A stretch of 64,000 nt of DNA, taken from Octopus sinensis. Taxonomy: Eukaryota. Shown here in pieces: positions 38,771 to 52,192 of this stretch. Within the stretch, counting starts at the first letter, position 1. Every line of letters begins with the position of its first letter. The notes under the pieces are model-generated. The model did no database searches, had not been told where the DNA came from, and saw only the letters and a program-made list of their open reading frames with translations. A program made the translations under genes and the position numbers. The stretch spans positions 17,298,001 through 17,362,000 of the forward strand of contig NC_042997.1 in assembly GCF_006345805.1 (NCBI RefSeq). Direction: 5' to 3'.

Positions 38771-39989
38771 CACACACATACATATACACATACATACATA
38801 TGTGTGTCTGTGTGTGTATGCATGTATGTATATCACTCAATATGTTTGTCTGCATATTTTTATATTGATTTATACATTCTTTCACATAAGTACACACAAA
38901 ATATGTGTGTGTGTCTGTGTAAAGTGGGGTGGGCAATGCAAGAAAAAATTGTGAGCTTCACAGAGCCATAGATTTATGTGTGTATAGGGTATATATGTCT
39001 CTATGTAGATACGAATATGCATGTGTTGGTTGTAAATATATGTATATATGTAAGTATACTGCAGATATGCATGTATATGCAACAAGCAATATTTCAATTC
39101 TCTTGCCTTATTTTTTTCCATTTGTATCCACTAGAAAGTCTAATGATTTAGTTTGCTAAAAGTAGATAAAATATAAAAAATATATACCTATATATAAACA
39201 AATACAAATGCACACTAATATTTTTGCTGAGCATCTCTCTATCTCTCTCAATATATAATTCCAGCCACTCAATTTTATCACTTTCTCTCTCTTTCATATG
39301 TGTGTGTGGTGTGTGTGAGTGCGTGTGTGTATGTATAATATATATATAAAATTATACATGTGTATAATGAATATATAAACATGTAAACACACAGTACATT
39401 TATATTATATATTATACTATATACATACACATTATAAAGATATACATTATATATCTATCTATATATATATGTACATAAATATGAATATATATATGAATAT
39501 TTGTGTGTCTGTATGTGTGTATATATATATATATAGGTGAGTGTGTGTGTATATATATATATATATATATCAAGTGAAAGAAAGTAATAAAGCACTAAGA
39601 GTCTTTGGAATTATTCACATTATATTTTCAACGGATCATTTAATAGTTCACTTGATATAACCAAAACTACTTGTAGCTTGGAGCATGCAAGCATGCACAC
39701 ACACATATACACACATTTACTCACATGAGCTATGTATATGCAAGAACATATGTGTTAGTAAAAAGAATGTATATCTGTAAGTGGATATTCCTGAGTGTTT
39801 TATAAAATGTATATATTTTTAAAATGGCTAAAAAAAAATATATATTCTTTTAAATTTTTCTCCTTTTTTATTATGGTTTACAAAGTCTCTGAAACTTCAC
39901 AGGAAATGTGAATAAAAATTAAAAAAACAACCATTATGATAGTTTTCTTGAATATCATTTTTATGACTATTACTGTAATATGTTGCCTT

Positions 39990-40440
39990 AGAGGAGATAA
40001 ATTGTGGAACTGTTGTAGTGTGCTAGTGCCAAGAGGATGTATACTAGAAAGAGTAGTAGTAGTAGTAATAGTAATGTTAGCTGTGGTGATGGTATTGGTA
40101 GTTTTGGTTTAGTGAGAGAGCTGTGTTATGAATATAAATCAGAAAATATCCACAGGGAATGTTGAAGTAGATGAAGAGAGGCTTAGAACAGTTTGGGTGT
40201 AGTTTCTGTGGAGTATAGAGTACTAGTGTAGATAAAATGTAATGTTGGTGCAGATGTTGTGGAGAGTTTTGCTGGTGAAGATGAACTGGAGAGTAGAGTG
40301 TTGCTGTAGCTAAAGTGGAATCATAGTGTAGATGAAGTGGAGTGCAGACTATTTATGTAGAGAAAATAGAGAGCAGAGTGTTGATGGTAGATGGAGTGTT
40401 GGAATAAATGAAGTGAAGTTGGGGGTTAGTATAAAGTGGA
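39990..40440. repeat. Degenerate G-rich, C-poor minisatellite-like tract (continues at about 41030-41160)
   Basis: Recurrent gtagatgaag(tggagt)-like words with strong strand skew. No long ORF on either strand. Confidence 0.45.
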
Positions 40441-40444
40441 ATGC

Positions 40445-40745
40445 CTTTTACCGTTTACTTGTTTCAGCCTTGTACTTATTCTATTGGCCCTTTTTGCTGA
40501 ACTGTTAAGTTACAGGGACATAAACACACCAATACTGTTTATCAAGTGGTGGTGGGAGACAAACACTGACACAGACACATGTGCACACACACACACACAT
40601 GACGGACTGTCTGCCAAATCTACACACAAGGTTTTGATTGGCCTGGGCTATAGTAGAATAAACTTGTGCAAGGTGTCACACAGTGAGTCTGAATCCAACA
40701 CCATATGATTGGGAAGCAAGCTTCCTACCTCACAGACATGCCTGT
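40445..40745 (-). mobile_element. tRNA-derived CORE-type SINE (internally deleted)
   Basis: ..ccaaatctacacacaaggttttgattggcctgggctatagtagaa..ttgtgcaaggtgtcacacagtgagtctgaatcc..gcaagcttcctacc. Confidence 0.7.
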
Positions 40746-40770
40746 TAGAAGATTTGATGTTCATGTAGAT

Positions 40771-41021
40771 CAGTGATTCTCAACTATTTTTTGATTTCTA
40801 TTTTACTCAGAGGGAACCTAATGGCCATACAACATTAAAACACATTTTAAAAAATTCTTATTATAGCTTTATAATTAAATATTATTAGGAATTGTATAAA
40901 AAATGTTGTTAAAATATTTTGTGTATTGTAGAAGTATAACCAATTTATTGCACATAAATCTTAACAACAAAATCTTATATGGACCCCAAAGAGCCAGATG
41001 GACCATAGTTGATGACCACTG
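40771..41021. mobile_element. hAT (Buster-like) MITE
   Basis: TIRs cagtgattctcaacta / tagttgatgaccactg with perfect 8-bp TSD atgtagat (40763-40770, 41022-41029). Confidence 0.85.
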
Positions 41022-42306
41022 ATGTAGATAATGATGTAGTGTAGGTGCAGATGAAGTATAGTATAAAGTACTGATATGTATGAAATGGTGTGTATGATAT
41101 TGATGTAGATAAGGTTGCCAGAGTGTAAATTACTTGTGTATATAAGTTGAGGGTCAGTGTAAATGAGATATGATATTTCTCATTCTCTTTACTCCTACTT
41201 GGCTAAATTACAAGAAAATAACGTCATTGAAGTTTCAAGTGGCATTTATAGTTCATCATGTTCAAAAAAATATAATTGTTTTCAAATGCTTTTTAGATTT
41301 TTAAGTTTTTTCCTAGAGAAAAGATTGCTTTCCCCATCATCCTAAGTGATTTTGTACTGTCACCTTTTAAAGCCACTATTTTATCCTAATGCTACTAATG
41401 ACTATATACTACCAATTATTTTTACCTCCCTAATCAGAATGGGCTTAAAAGCACAGCTGGCATTGCCCTTTCTCTTTGGAATTAATAATACCCAACACAC
41501 ACACACACACACACACTACCACCTGTAAGTTGCCATACTATAATGCTACCATTGCATATATGCTGCTTGCATTATGTGCCCATGTGTGTATTTATGTATG
41601 TCAGTATGAAATTGCATATAAGTAAATTTGAGACCTCTACACATTTTGTAGGTAATTAACAGTTATATTAATGTACTTATCATAGTTATTATTTCACAAA
41701 TTAAATTGAGAAAAATTCTTCAGTCACAACAATGTGACTGGTGAAAAAGCATTCCTAGATTTCCACTGTTGCTGTTGTTTAAACCCAGGTCAACCCTGAT
41801 AGTGCCAAAGTTATAAAGATATTCCAGCCTTCAAAGACATTCTAGCCTTGATCTTTCTATTTTATCTCAGGCAACTTGAGCTCCTTTATATCAAATGTCT
41901 CCTGTGCTTACCATTTTTACAATACTGTGTGATTTCCCAAATCACACTGCTAGGAATAGCAGTGTGAGTGATCATGCAGATGCTCACTTCACTGGGAAAT
42001 TAGGTGTGAAGTGTATATTGTAACTGTACTTGACATTAAAAGTAAGAGGCATTGCACACTGTATTGTGTTAAATCTAGTGGAAGCTATGATGTTGCATGG
42101 AAATTAAAAGTAGCTGAAGAACTGATTAAAATAAAGAATCATAAAAAGCTCAAGGTATGCTTTAAGCTAGATATCTGCAGAGTGATGGTAGACCAAAGAG
42201 AAATTTTCTCTCACTTTCTATATGTACAGATAGGCCATGCATGTGTGTGTATGTATGTATGATTGAATTCACGCATGCACACACACACACGCACACAAGT
42301 AAATAC

Positions 42307-42352
<46 letters not shown>

Positions 42353-42357
<5 letters not shown>

Positions 42358-43391
42358 TATGTGGTTAACAAGTCTACTTCACAAACACATAATTTCAGGT
42401 TCAGCCCTAATGCACAGCACGTTGGATGTGTCCCTTCAATTATATATCTTTTGTCTGACCAAAACCATGTGATTGAATTAGGTAATTTGGTAGGCAGAAA
42501 TAAATAAATATATATATGTATGCATGTGCATAGGAAGATGTGGGATGAGGTGGTAAAGCATGATCTTCAAACTTTGGGTCTCACAGAGGCAATGACTAGT
42601 GACCGAGACCATTGGCAATATACTGTGCTTGAGAAGACCTGTCAAGCCAAGTGAAATCGTAGTCATGGCCAATGTTGGTGTCATGTAACTGGTACCCATG
42701 CTAGTGGCACGTAAAAAACACCTTTCAAGCATTGGGCTTCATGGAGGCAAGGTGGCTGAGCCCCTTTCGAGTGTTAGGTCTCGTGGGAGCAATGACTGAG
42801 ACCTTTGACATTATACTGTACTTGAGAAGAAGACTCATCAAACCGAGCAAAATCCCAATTGTGGTAGATATCAGTGTCACACAAATGGCACCTGTGCTGG
42901 TGGCACGTAAAAGCACCCATTACACTCTCAGAGTGGTTGGCATTAGAAAGGGCATCCAGCCATAGAAACCATGCCAAATTAGACTGGAGTCTGGTGCAGC
43001 CTCCCAGCTTACTAGCACTGGTCAAACTGTCTTGCCCATGGTTCGCATAGACAATGGATGTTAAATGGTGATGATGATATACATATATACTTGTGCACAC
43101 ACACATACATATATATATATATACAATGTGAACTTGGTGCTTTTCAGGCCCCCTGCACTATCCTCAATAACCTCAATAGTGAAGGGGTGCAAAAAAACCA
43201 AAAAAACTTCAGTACATTCTGTAAAGTGGTTGATGTTAGGAAGAGCAACTAGCCATAGAAACTCTGCTAGAGCTGACATTGAAGCATGATGCAGTCCTTG
43301 GTCACACTGGGTCCTGTCAAACCATCCAGCCCATGCCAACATGTAACATAGAGGTTAAATGATGATGATGATGATGATGATGATGTTGGTG

Positions 43392-43422
<31 letters not shown>

Positions 43423-43470
43423 TAATGTGTGTGCTTTACATATCTGTTTCTATATATTATGTATGTATAT

Positions 43471-43511
<41 letters not shown>

Positions 43512-43765
43512 CATGTGTGTGTAATTTTATCTTGATGTTATGTATTAATTGTGAACAAACATCGGCATCATTCAAGTGGTGCTGCTTGTTTGAAATCTCT
43601 AGTGAAAACCTATCCAGATTAGGGAAAATATTACTTTGCTTAAAAAAAGGTAAGTGTTAGTAACAGGAAGAACATCAGGCTGTAGAAAAATTGCATCAAA
43701 GAATCCTATTTAACCCATGCAAGCATGGAAAATTAGACATTAAAACAATGGTAATGATCATGATA
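42353..43765 (+). mobile_element. Cluster: CORE-SINE head plus V-like SINE copies (42570-43078 with an internal duplication of about 200 bp; fragments near 43225-43388 and 43660-43765)
   Basis: V motif gagtggttggcattagaaagggcatccagccatagaaacc and repeated ..ccatgccaacatg..gttaaatgatgat tails. Confidence 0.65.
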
Positions 43766-45371
43766 TATAAGTAGATCAGCTATTGAATTGTCATTAAAAG
43801 TGTGAAAAGGAAGCCAAAAACAAAAGCAAAACAACATTGATTTAAGAAAACATCAAAATAGCTGCAGATGAATGTTTTTGAAATTATTGATAGAGCAGAT
43901 GTTCTAATGATGACGAAAATAATGATAATAATAATATTCTCTGCAGATGAACCCTCTTCTGACTTCTGTTATCTAAACTAAACAATTTGTGAATTTTTCT
44001 CATTCCAAACATTATAATGATAAGAGTCTAGATTGTCTCTTTCTGGCAGCAGCAGCAGCAGCAACAACAACAATCAGATCAACAACAATAATAACATCAA
44101 TGGCAAAAACAACAAATATATAAGTAGAAAAGAAAAGGAAAATAAAACAAGTCCTGAAATAATGTTTCGTTTGAGGTTTATGCAGCATGCATGTAAACAT
44201 CCATGAAAAATGAGCTAATTTTATAAGTGAAGGGAAGAAAATATTTTCCATAGTCAAAAAAAAATGGTAGCTCAAAAGGAATGATTCCTTAGGCATACCA
44301 CCTATTGAGGCATTCAGACATCCTTATTAGTGAATCCTTTAAAACTGTATGCTAAATTTCCATCTGTAAAAACTAGCATCAAACTTACACCAAGCATACT
44401 TGAAAGAGTCACCATTCAGAGAGAACATCTCCAAATATTTCCAGGAAGAAAAAATAAAATCTAAAATCTGATAAATAATTTGAAAACAATGATTCTTTTA
44501 ATTTTTTTCTTTAATGTGATAAAGTATGAAATTCCGTATGAAACTAAACTTCAATGACATTATTCTATTGTTATTTAGCCAAAAATTATGTTGTTCTGAG
44601 TTTATCTAAATGATGGAACCAACAAATATAACATTATAAAAACAAATTGTGATATTATTATTGATAAACCCAAACAAATCTATTTTAATGTCAATTATTG
44701 AAACTGATTCACAATGTTGTTGTCATTGTCTGGAAATCAGCATGATAGTTTATTAGTATTACTATTATTATTAACTGTTTCTTAACTGGCAATAACATCA
44801 AACAAATTATTTCTAATATCACTATTGGTGTCATCATGCTGTTAAAGCCTATTACAATCTATTTAGAAACATTGATTTCCTTTAACTCAGTGCATGACCA
44901 ATTTTTACTGGTACTTATTTTATTGGCAAATTCAATCAGTGCAAAATTCAACTTCAGAATATATAGGAAAAGAACTAAATACTGTAAAGAAATTCATTAT
45001 TAGCATTTTCTTTACCTTGGTGCCCTAAAATCTGCTTTAATTACATGTAGTTGTTCTGTTAATATTGCACCTAAAATAGCTGTAAGATGATTAGGTTGAA
45101 GCAATCCCACCCACTGAAAGGCTTCCATACACTGTTGACACCCACCACATTTTACACAAACTTTGGCTGACCTATGACTGTTCTAGAAGACACTTTTCCA
45201 CTTGCTCAAATCTGAAACTACATTGTTTTAAAGCAAACTTCTTAACCACACAGTCATGCCTACATCTATGTATCTGATGTACTACATTCCTTCATGAACA
45301 AGTGTCTCTGTGGTTCTAAATACAACTGGGATACCAGTTCTAGGTTATGTTTCTATTAATATGAATAGGTA

Positions 45372-45522
45372 CATTCAAAAACATATAAATACTTAGTCGT
45401 TTATTATTTGGTGTCAAAATATTCATTGCAACCAACTGCAACATGGTCTCTGTCACAATACCACTGTGTTGTGATGAAACTTTTGACACCAAATAATAAA
45501 CATATATGTATGTTTTTGAATG
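45372..45522. repeat. Small foldback element (about 150 bp)
   Basis: cattcaaaaacata and gtttattatttggtgtcaaaa are both mirrored exactly on the right arm. Confidence 0.75.
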
Positions 45523-45944
45523 GCTAATATTTCTCTGCCATAATTATTCTGTGAGCATTCTAATGATAAAAAAGTGATCATACAGTAATGTTATCATACA
45601 GTTACAGTCTGTACATGAAATTAATTATAGTTTCAGAATACTTTACAGCATTAGTAACTATGATTTTGAAAAATTTCTCTGAATTTCCCCTTTTAATCAT
45701 TAAAAGGCACAATAGTTGTGAGTATAAAGTGATGAACTACTATCACCATCATCAAAAGTTTATCTCTTACAATTAGCCAGTTAGTTTATTCTCGAGCAAG
45801 GAATAAAACATGGCAAGACCCATTTGGCTCAACTTGTGGCAAATATATTCACCTTTGTTTCAGTATTGAGATAAAACAGCAAAAACATCTCATTTAAATA
45901 AGTAGATAAACAATGGACCATTCATCTGTTGTTATTTTATATAG

Positions 45945-46029
45945 AAATTACTGAACAGTAGTATTATTGGTTACAAATTTTCAATGACCAAACACTGGGT
46001 GTCCATTTCTTATGAAGAGCGGCAAGGGA
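45945..46029 (+). CDS. Candidate 85-nt exon, unidentified
   Basis: gttgttattttatatag / KLLNSSIIGYKFSMTKHWVSISYEERQG / gtaagt. Only one frame is open. Confidence 0.18.
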
Positions 46030-47976
46030 GTAAGTAATCAGTGACAAAGAAATATGGTACAGGAATTCATTTGGAAAAAACAGTCTTTATTATGTTTCCT
46101 GACCTGAAGGGTGCGTGCGCACACATGCACACACACACACACACACACAAATATATATAACAAAATTCTGCACGATTTCCACCTACTAAATTCCATTAGT
46201 ATTGGTCAACTTGAGGCTATACTAGAAGGTATTGTGCACTGAAATTAAATCAAGAGCCACATAATTGCAAAATAAAGTTCTTCACACAGCTCAAAGAATA
46301 AGTAATATGATCTGAAGAAGTATTTCAGGTTAAAATCAGTTTTCATAAAATGAGTTATTGATAGTTCAAGAAATGATTTTAACTTTACATTTGAAAATAG
46401 TAAAGAGTGGTAGATTTGAGTTTAGGGCATCTTAATTCACAATGATGGAAACAGTGAACTTGTAAATGTTGAAAATATTGTAGTTTTAAGGTGCTTGATA
46501 AGGATGGGAAATAACTTAGGAGGGGTAAAGTGGAAATTGGTGGTGAGTAGGGAGTGAAGTAATGGCAAAAGTGAAATGATGGATTTCATAGCTCAAGCTT
46601 AAATTAGATTTCATATATGGCCTGTGTGTGTGAGTGTGTGTGGTTCTTCCTCTGTGTCTGAAAGCAATAAAGATAAAAGGGATTAATAGGTATAAATGTA
46701 GATGTATACGGATAGAGACCCATTAAATAGATTTTCCCCAACAGATATTTTACTCATAAACTCATTGGGGAAGGGAATCTATAAAATTACTATAGGAGAA
46801 GTAATTGCTTAATTAGTATGGTATTAGATAATTCTTAAAGGGAGAGAAAGGGCACTAATTTAACATCAATTTTTAGCATTTTGTGCATTCTCCAAAGAAT
46901 TCTCCAATAAAACTAATCCATAGCAACTCCAATGAAAAAAAAAGACAAATATGCTTTCATCTTCTAGAGGAGAGACTTGAGTCACTCAGCTGCTCCTAAT
47001 AGTGTGTCATAGCCTTCAGCTCAGAGCAGCTAGTGCTTTTACTGCTGATATATATAGCTTCAAGTTGAGGATAGCTTCAAAATTCTTATTATTTACTTTA
47101 CATTACTGTAGTTTTCTATCTGCATGTCTTTATTTGATTAATAGTTTGTTTGTGAGAATTGTTCCTTCAAACACCATTTGGATAGCCCTAAGAAATTATT
47201 AAGGAATAAGCATTATTTAGAGGCGGGATTTTTAAAATCTTCATTGACTTGCTTCTTCACAGGAAAATAATAATAATCATAATAATAATAATAATGAAAC
47301 ACACACACACATTCACAAATGAAAAAAATATCATCCAACTAAAAATAATCAGAATGCAAAAACAGAAAATAAAAGAAAACAAGAAGTATAGAACATATAA
47401 AAATGAAAATAATGCGTCCTCACACTTACACGCACGAACACATACACGCACATGTACTCACACACACGAACACATACATGCACATGTACTCACACACACA
47501 CACACATGTACTCACACACACGCAACACCTGCATTAGTATAAATGCACACACACACACACATCGACATATATAACGTGTATGTATGCGAATATGGATATG
47601 CCTCTATAAGCATATATGTGTGCTCATATGAAATGTTTTTATGTAAAATTCGCATTACTTGCTTAGAGGTAGCAATAAATGTTTTTTAATCATTTGCTGA
47701 AGATTAGAAAGCAATGACTCATCATAAAAGAAGATTCAGAACAATGTAAAATGACCAGCAGCTACTACATTCATGTTTGACTTATGAAAGATCTTTTGAT
47801 GGTTGCCAGCAAAAGGAATGCTATGACATGCTGTGAAACTAGACTGTATTGACAGTATATGTGCGATTTCCTCACACTTTCATACATACACATGCAAATA
47901 CAGTTTTATTCATACATTTTTATGCACACAAGATTCCTTACACACGCAAACACATGCACATATGTATATACATGTG

Positions 47977-48007
<31 letters not shown>

Positions 48008-48464
48008 TATGAACATAAAATTATACATTTGTATAATGAGGCCTACATCTATACAATACTACATATCTTCCTCAGAGAAAGATATGTAGAACTGTATAAA
48101 TTTGTTCATACTATAATTGTTATTTACTTCTAAGCCATACACACACACACACATACACACATGTAAGAAACTTGAAGGAACCCTTGTATGGTTGTTATTT
48201 TGTATTGTTTTATACATATAGATATATACATGCATATATTTTGGATATGCATATATATGTATACATTATATTTGCACACAAGTGCACATATTTTTGTATA
48301 TGCCTTCTTGCATTAATGCAATCACCACAAATTTTGACTGAGTACTCGTTCCATTACGTCATTTCTCTATCTTTATAGAAAAATGTACAATGACAACGTT
48401 TTGCTAAAATGCACCATCTCCATACCATCTATTTTACTCTGAATATATATAAGTATTTTTGCAT

Positions 48465-48507
<43 letters not shown>

Positions 48508-48648
48508 TGAGGAGATGAGTAAGTGATGTAAAACTAGGCATTCCAAAATGCGTTAGCATGGTTTAAATTATATGCATTTTTTGTTTTATGTGTGTGTGTG
48601 TGAGAGTGTGTGTGTGAGAGTGTGTGTGTGTGAGAGTGTGTGTGTGTG

Positions 48649-48688
<40 letters not shown>

Positions 48689-48714
48689 CGTGTGTGTGTT
48701 AGGCTGTACAGTGT

Positions 48715-48870
48715 GCGTATTAGGCTGTACAATTAAGAAATTCTTTTACCAAATGTATGGTTCCCAGTTCAGTCATACAGGATGGCACTTTGGGCAACTG
48801 TGTTTTACTATTGCTTCAATTAAAGCTTTGTGAGTGGATCTGATGAGCAGAAACAGTAAGAAGCCTGTTG
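48715..48870 (+). mobile_element. 5' part of a decayed CORE-type SINE
   Basis: ..ggttcccagttcagtcatacaggatggcactttgggcaactgtg..gctttgtgagtggat..agaagcctgttg. Confidence 0.6.
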
Positions 48871-48910
48871 TATGTGTGTATGCACATTTATATGTGTGTG
48901 TTTGTGTGAA

Positions 48911-49222
48911 GGCACGTGGCTCAGTGGTTAAAGTGTCAGTCTTACTGTTGTGAGGTTGTGACTTTGATTCCTAGACTGGGCTCTGTGTTGTATTCATGAA
49001 TAAGACACTTTCACATTGCTCCAGTTCACTCCAGAAACGAGGTGCACTGTCTGTATCAGCCATTGCTTTTCCTTTGGGCAACATCAATGGTGTGCAGGAG
49101 AGAGGCTAGTATGCATGGGTGACTGCTGGTCTTCCACAAACAAACTTGCCTGGACTTGTGCCCCAAAGGAGAACTTTCTAAGTGTAATCCCGTGGTTATT
49201 CATGACTGAAGGGGGTCTTTTT
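48911..49222 (+). mobile_element. tRNA-derived CORE-like SINE (older copy)
   Basis: A-box-like gtggctcagtggtta, taagacactttcacattgctccagttcact, 3' end catgactgaagggggtcttt. Confidence 0.75.
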
Positions 49223-49226
49223 ACTT

Positions 49227-49256
<30 letters not shown>

Positions 49257-49257
<1 letters not shown>

Positions 49258-49446
49258 TATTTAAAACAGTCTGATCCAGTTGCATGTGACTTTAAGTTTC
49301 ACAAGCCTCTAACAGAAGTACATCTCTTTCAGGGCTATGGATTACCAGAACCAGATGGTCTAGTAAACTATTGCCTGAAAGAGGTGGGTTTCTGTTAGAG
49401 GCCTACGAAACTTTAAGTCACATGTGTTTGGATCTGTTTTAAATAA
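49257..49446. mobile_element. Foldback/MITE-like element (about 190 bp, arms about 80 bp)
   Basis: ttatttaaaacag..catgtgactt.aagtttc..gcctctaacagaa..ctctttcagg is mirrored on the right side. Confidence 0.75.
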
Positions 49447-49524
49447 TACATGTGTCCTACTAAATATGTTGAGTGTCCTTTTCTTTCATTTGTCCACACA
49501 TTCATATATATATATATATATATA

Positions 49525-49867
49525 AAAAGGGTAAAGACCCCCTTCGGTCATGAATGACCATGGGATTGCACCTAGAAAGTTACCCTCCTAGACACAAGTC
49601 CGGGCAAGGTTGTTTATGGAAGGCCAGCAGTCGCCCATGCATACCAGCCTTCCCTCTCCACGCCACCAGTGTTATCCAAGGGAAAGACAAAGGTCGATAC
49701 AGCTTGGTACCAGGGACGTCGCAACTCATTTCTACAGCTGAGTGAACTGGAGCAACGTGAAATAAAGTGCCTTGCTCGAGAACACAACACGCAGCCCAGT
49801 CCGGGATTCGAGCTCACAACCTCACGATCGTAAGCTCGACGCTCTAACCACTGAACCATGTGCCTTC
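49525..49867 (-). mobile_element. tRNA-derived CORE-like SINE (young, CpG-rich copy)
   Basis: Reverse strand: ggcacatggttcagtggttagagcgtcg..gagctcgaatcccggactgggctgcgtgttgtgttctcgagcaaggcactttatttcacgttgctccagttcactcagc..catgaccgaagggggtcttt. Confidence 0.85.
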
Positions 49868-50304
49868 ACATATATATATATATAAAATATGGAAAGAGAG
49901 AGAGAGTCAGCAGGTGAGATGCATATAAACATTACCATAAATCTAGCCTCTGGCATATGTACGTGTATATATACACACGTACATATGTACACACACACAC
50001 ACACACACCTTTGATGGATGAAATATATTATTTTCAGTCTAAACTACATACCAGTAGTATCTAAGATACCATCCATACCAAAGTGATTGTAGCTAAGGTT
50101 TTATTCAACTGAATGGCTGTCTGAATTAGATTTTAACTAAGGAGCAAGGAGTATGGCTGCTGTTTTTGTTTAGCTCTAAGTCAGACCTGATTGAGAAAAT
50201 TTAGTTTCAATAACATTCCAGCTATAGTTGCATAGGGATATATGTGGATAAGGATTGAAGAAGGCTTGCCCACTATTTCTAGCATTTTAAGTAGCCATGT
50301 AAAG

Positions 50305-50600
50305 TAGTGGTTTCCAACTGGGTTGTCATGACACCCTTGGATGTCATGACACCCTAGGGTATCTATGTAGAGCAGTGGTTTTTAATCAGAATGTTGTGGT
50401 ATCCTTCAGTGCCCATGTAAAGCAGTAGTTTCCCATCAGGGTGTCATGACACCCCAGCTTATTAAAGACAGTAGTGAGAGGTGTCAGAAGGTTTTAAATT
50501 TAAATAACAGACCTTACATAAAAAGTGTCAATAAGGTTGTTGCATATCTTAAGTATAGGGTGATAGGGGAATGAGGTTGGAGAAATTATGGAAACCACTA
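50305..50600. mobile_element. hAT-like MITE with a triplicated left end
   Basis: Left-end motif (t/c)agt(g/a)gttt at 50305, 50373 and 50423, each preceded by atgta(a/g)ag. Right end ggaaaccacta. Confidence 0.55.
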
Positions 50601-52156
50601 CTTTAGGAATTTCTTTGTTGGCTTGGGAGACTTTCTGACTGGCTTTTGAGTCTCCCTATTTGACTTGAAGGACAGTGGTAATCATAATTGATGGATGGCA
50701 GTTGGTTAGTTGGTTGGCTGGTGGTGGAATGTATGATAGTAAATATGATGAAGATGATGTCATTCCCCAAAAATGAGACCTGTATGATAAATAAAGCAAA
50801 TATCAAGAAAATAAAAAGGAAACAACATGTCTTTGCCCTCCCCTCTTTCAAAATCATCAGTAGTAAATCAACATTGAAATGCGTCCATATATTTTCCATA
50901 TATTTTCATTATTTAACAAGCTTTAAGTTATTTGCTTGGTGGGAGGTAGATAGATAAGGAGGGAGAAAAGGAGATACTGAATGGATACTGAAGTCATTAA
51001 AATTGAGGGATTGGGTAAATAAGACAACCCCCTTTCCATTCCAATTTTTCCTCTCTGCAAGTCCTTCCCTACTGACACCACCACCACCACTACTCACCAC
51101 TTCAAAGATATATTTCCTCCTCCCCCATACCAATAAAGGCACTTATTTATTTATTTATTTATTCATTCATTCATTCATTCATTATATTTTAAGAATAAAT
51201 TTATGGGATTCAGAGTTGTTAAGGCAGAAAAGTTAGGAAGCTAAAGCGGACAAGTGTCTTTTGGTCGGAATTCCAGGCATGCAGCAAATGGTGGAATGAA
51301 AGCAATATAGTTTGGAAGTGTGAGAAAGATAAAGAATTCGATTAAGGGTAACAACAACAACAAACAAACAAAACAACAACTACAAAAGCAACAGAAATAA
51401 AATCACAAACAAGTAAAAAAAAGCAATACAAAACATATTCTTGGAAAACAAATATACAAAATACAATGAAACTTGTGGAGATGAAAAATGCAAGATGAAA
51501 CAACAAGATGGCAAAATGCTAACAATGTTGAATATTGCTTTTAAGTGCTTGGTCGGTGGCTGTTTGTTCATTATCACCATTGATCACGTGCATTGTTTGA
51601 CTGTTTTTGTTAGCAGTCATGATTGCTGTCACTGAAAGCAATATTTCTCCCACCCTCACAATTTGATGGCAAAAAGAATATGGGGAGAGAGACAGGATAT
51701 GGAGAGTGAGAGAGAGGGGAGAAAGAAAGAGAGAGAGGAGGGAAGAAGAATAGAAAGACAGAGGATGAGGACAGAAGAAGAAAAGATGAAAAGCGTAATA
51801 GTGCTGGAATGTATGCAAGGCTGTCTGTATGCATATAAAGTCACATACAAGGACGCAGACATATTTGTATGTATATATGTTAGGGCATATACATGCTAGG
51901 ATGTGTAAGTGTGGTGCACACAAACAGACACACGTGCATAGGGGGCAAAATATAAAAGCAAGCTAAGAATGGGGAGGAACATCGGGATTCCTGATGATAT
52001 GGGAACCATGATAGAATGCAGAAGGCACATCAACAGAAGCACTGAGAAATGAAGCACATGCATATATATATATATATATACACATATGCATACATATATA
52101 TATATATAAATACACACACACATGTATGCATGTGTGTACACACACACATGCACGTT

Positions 52157-52192
<36 letters not shown>

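Noticed and set aside
48839-48872. CTGATGA-gca-GAAAC...CTGTT, a second hammerhead-like string
   Set aside because: Lies in a decayed CORE-SINE where related copies read ttggtag.c.gaaa..aaagaagccc. No stem I pairing and no stem II; best explained as chance mutation.
49790-49867. tRNA-like sequence
   Set aside because: Has A/B-box remnants but no complete cloverleaf, and continues into the SINE body.
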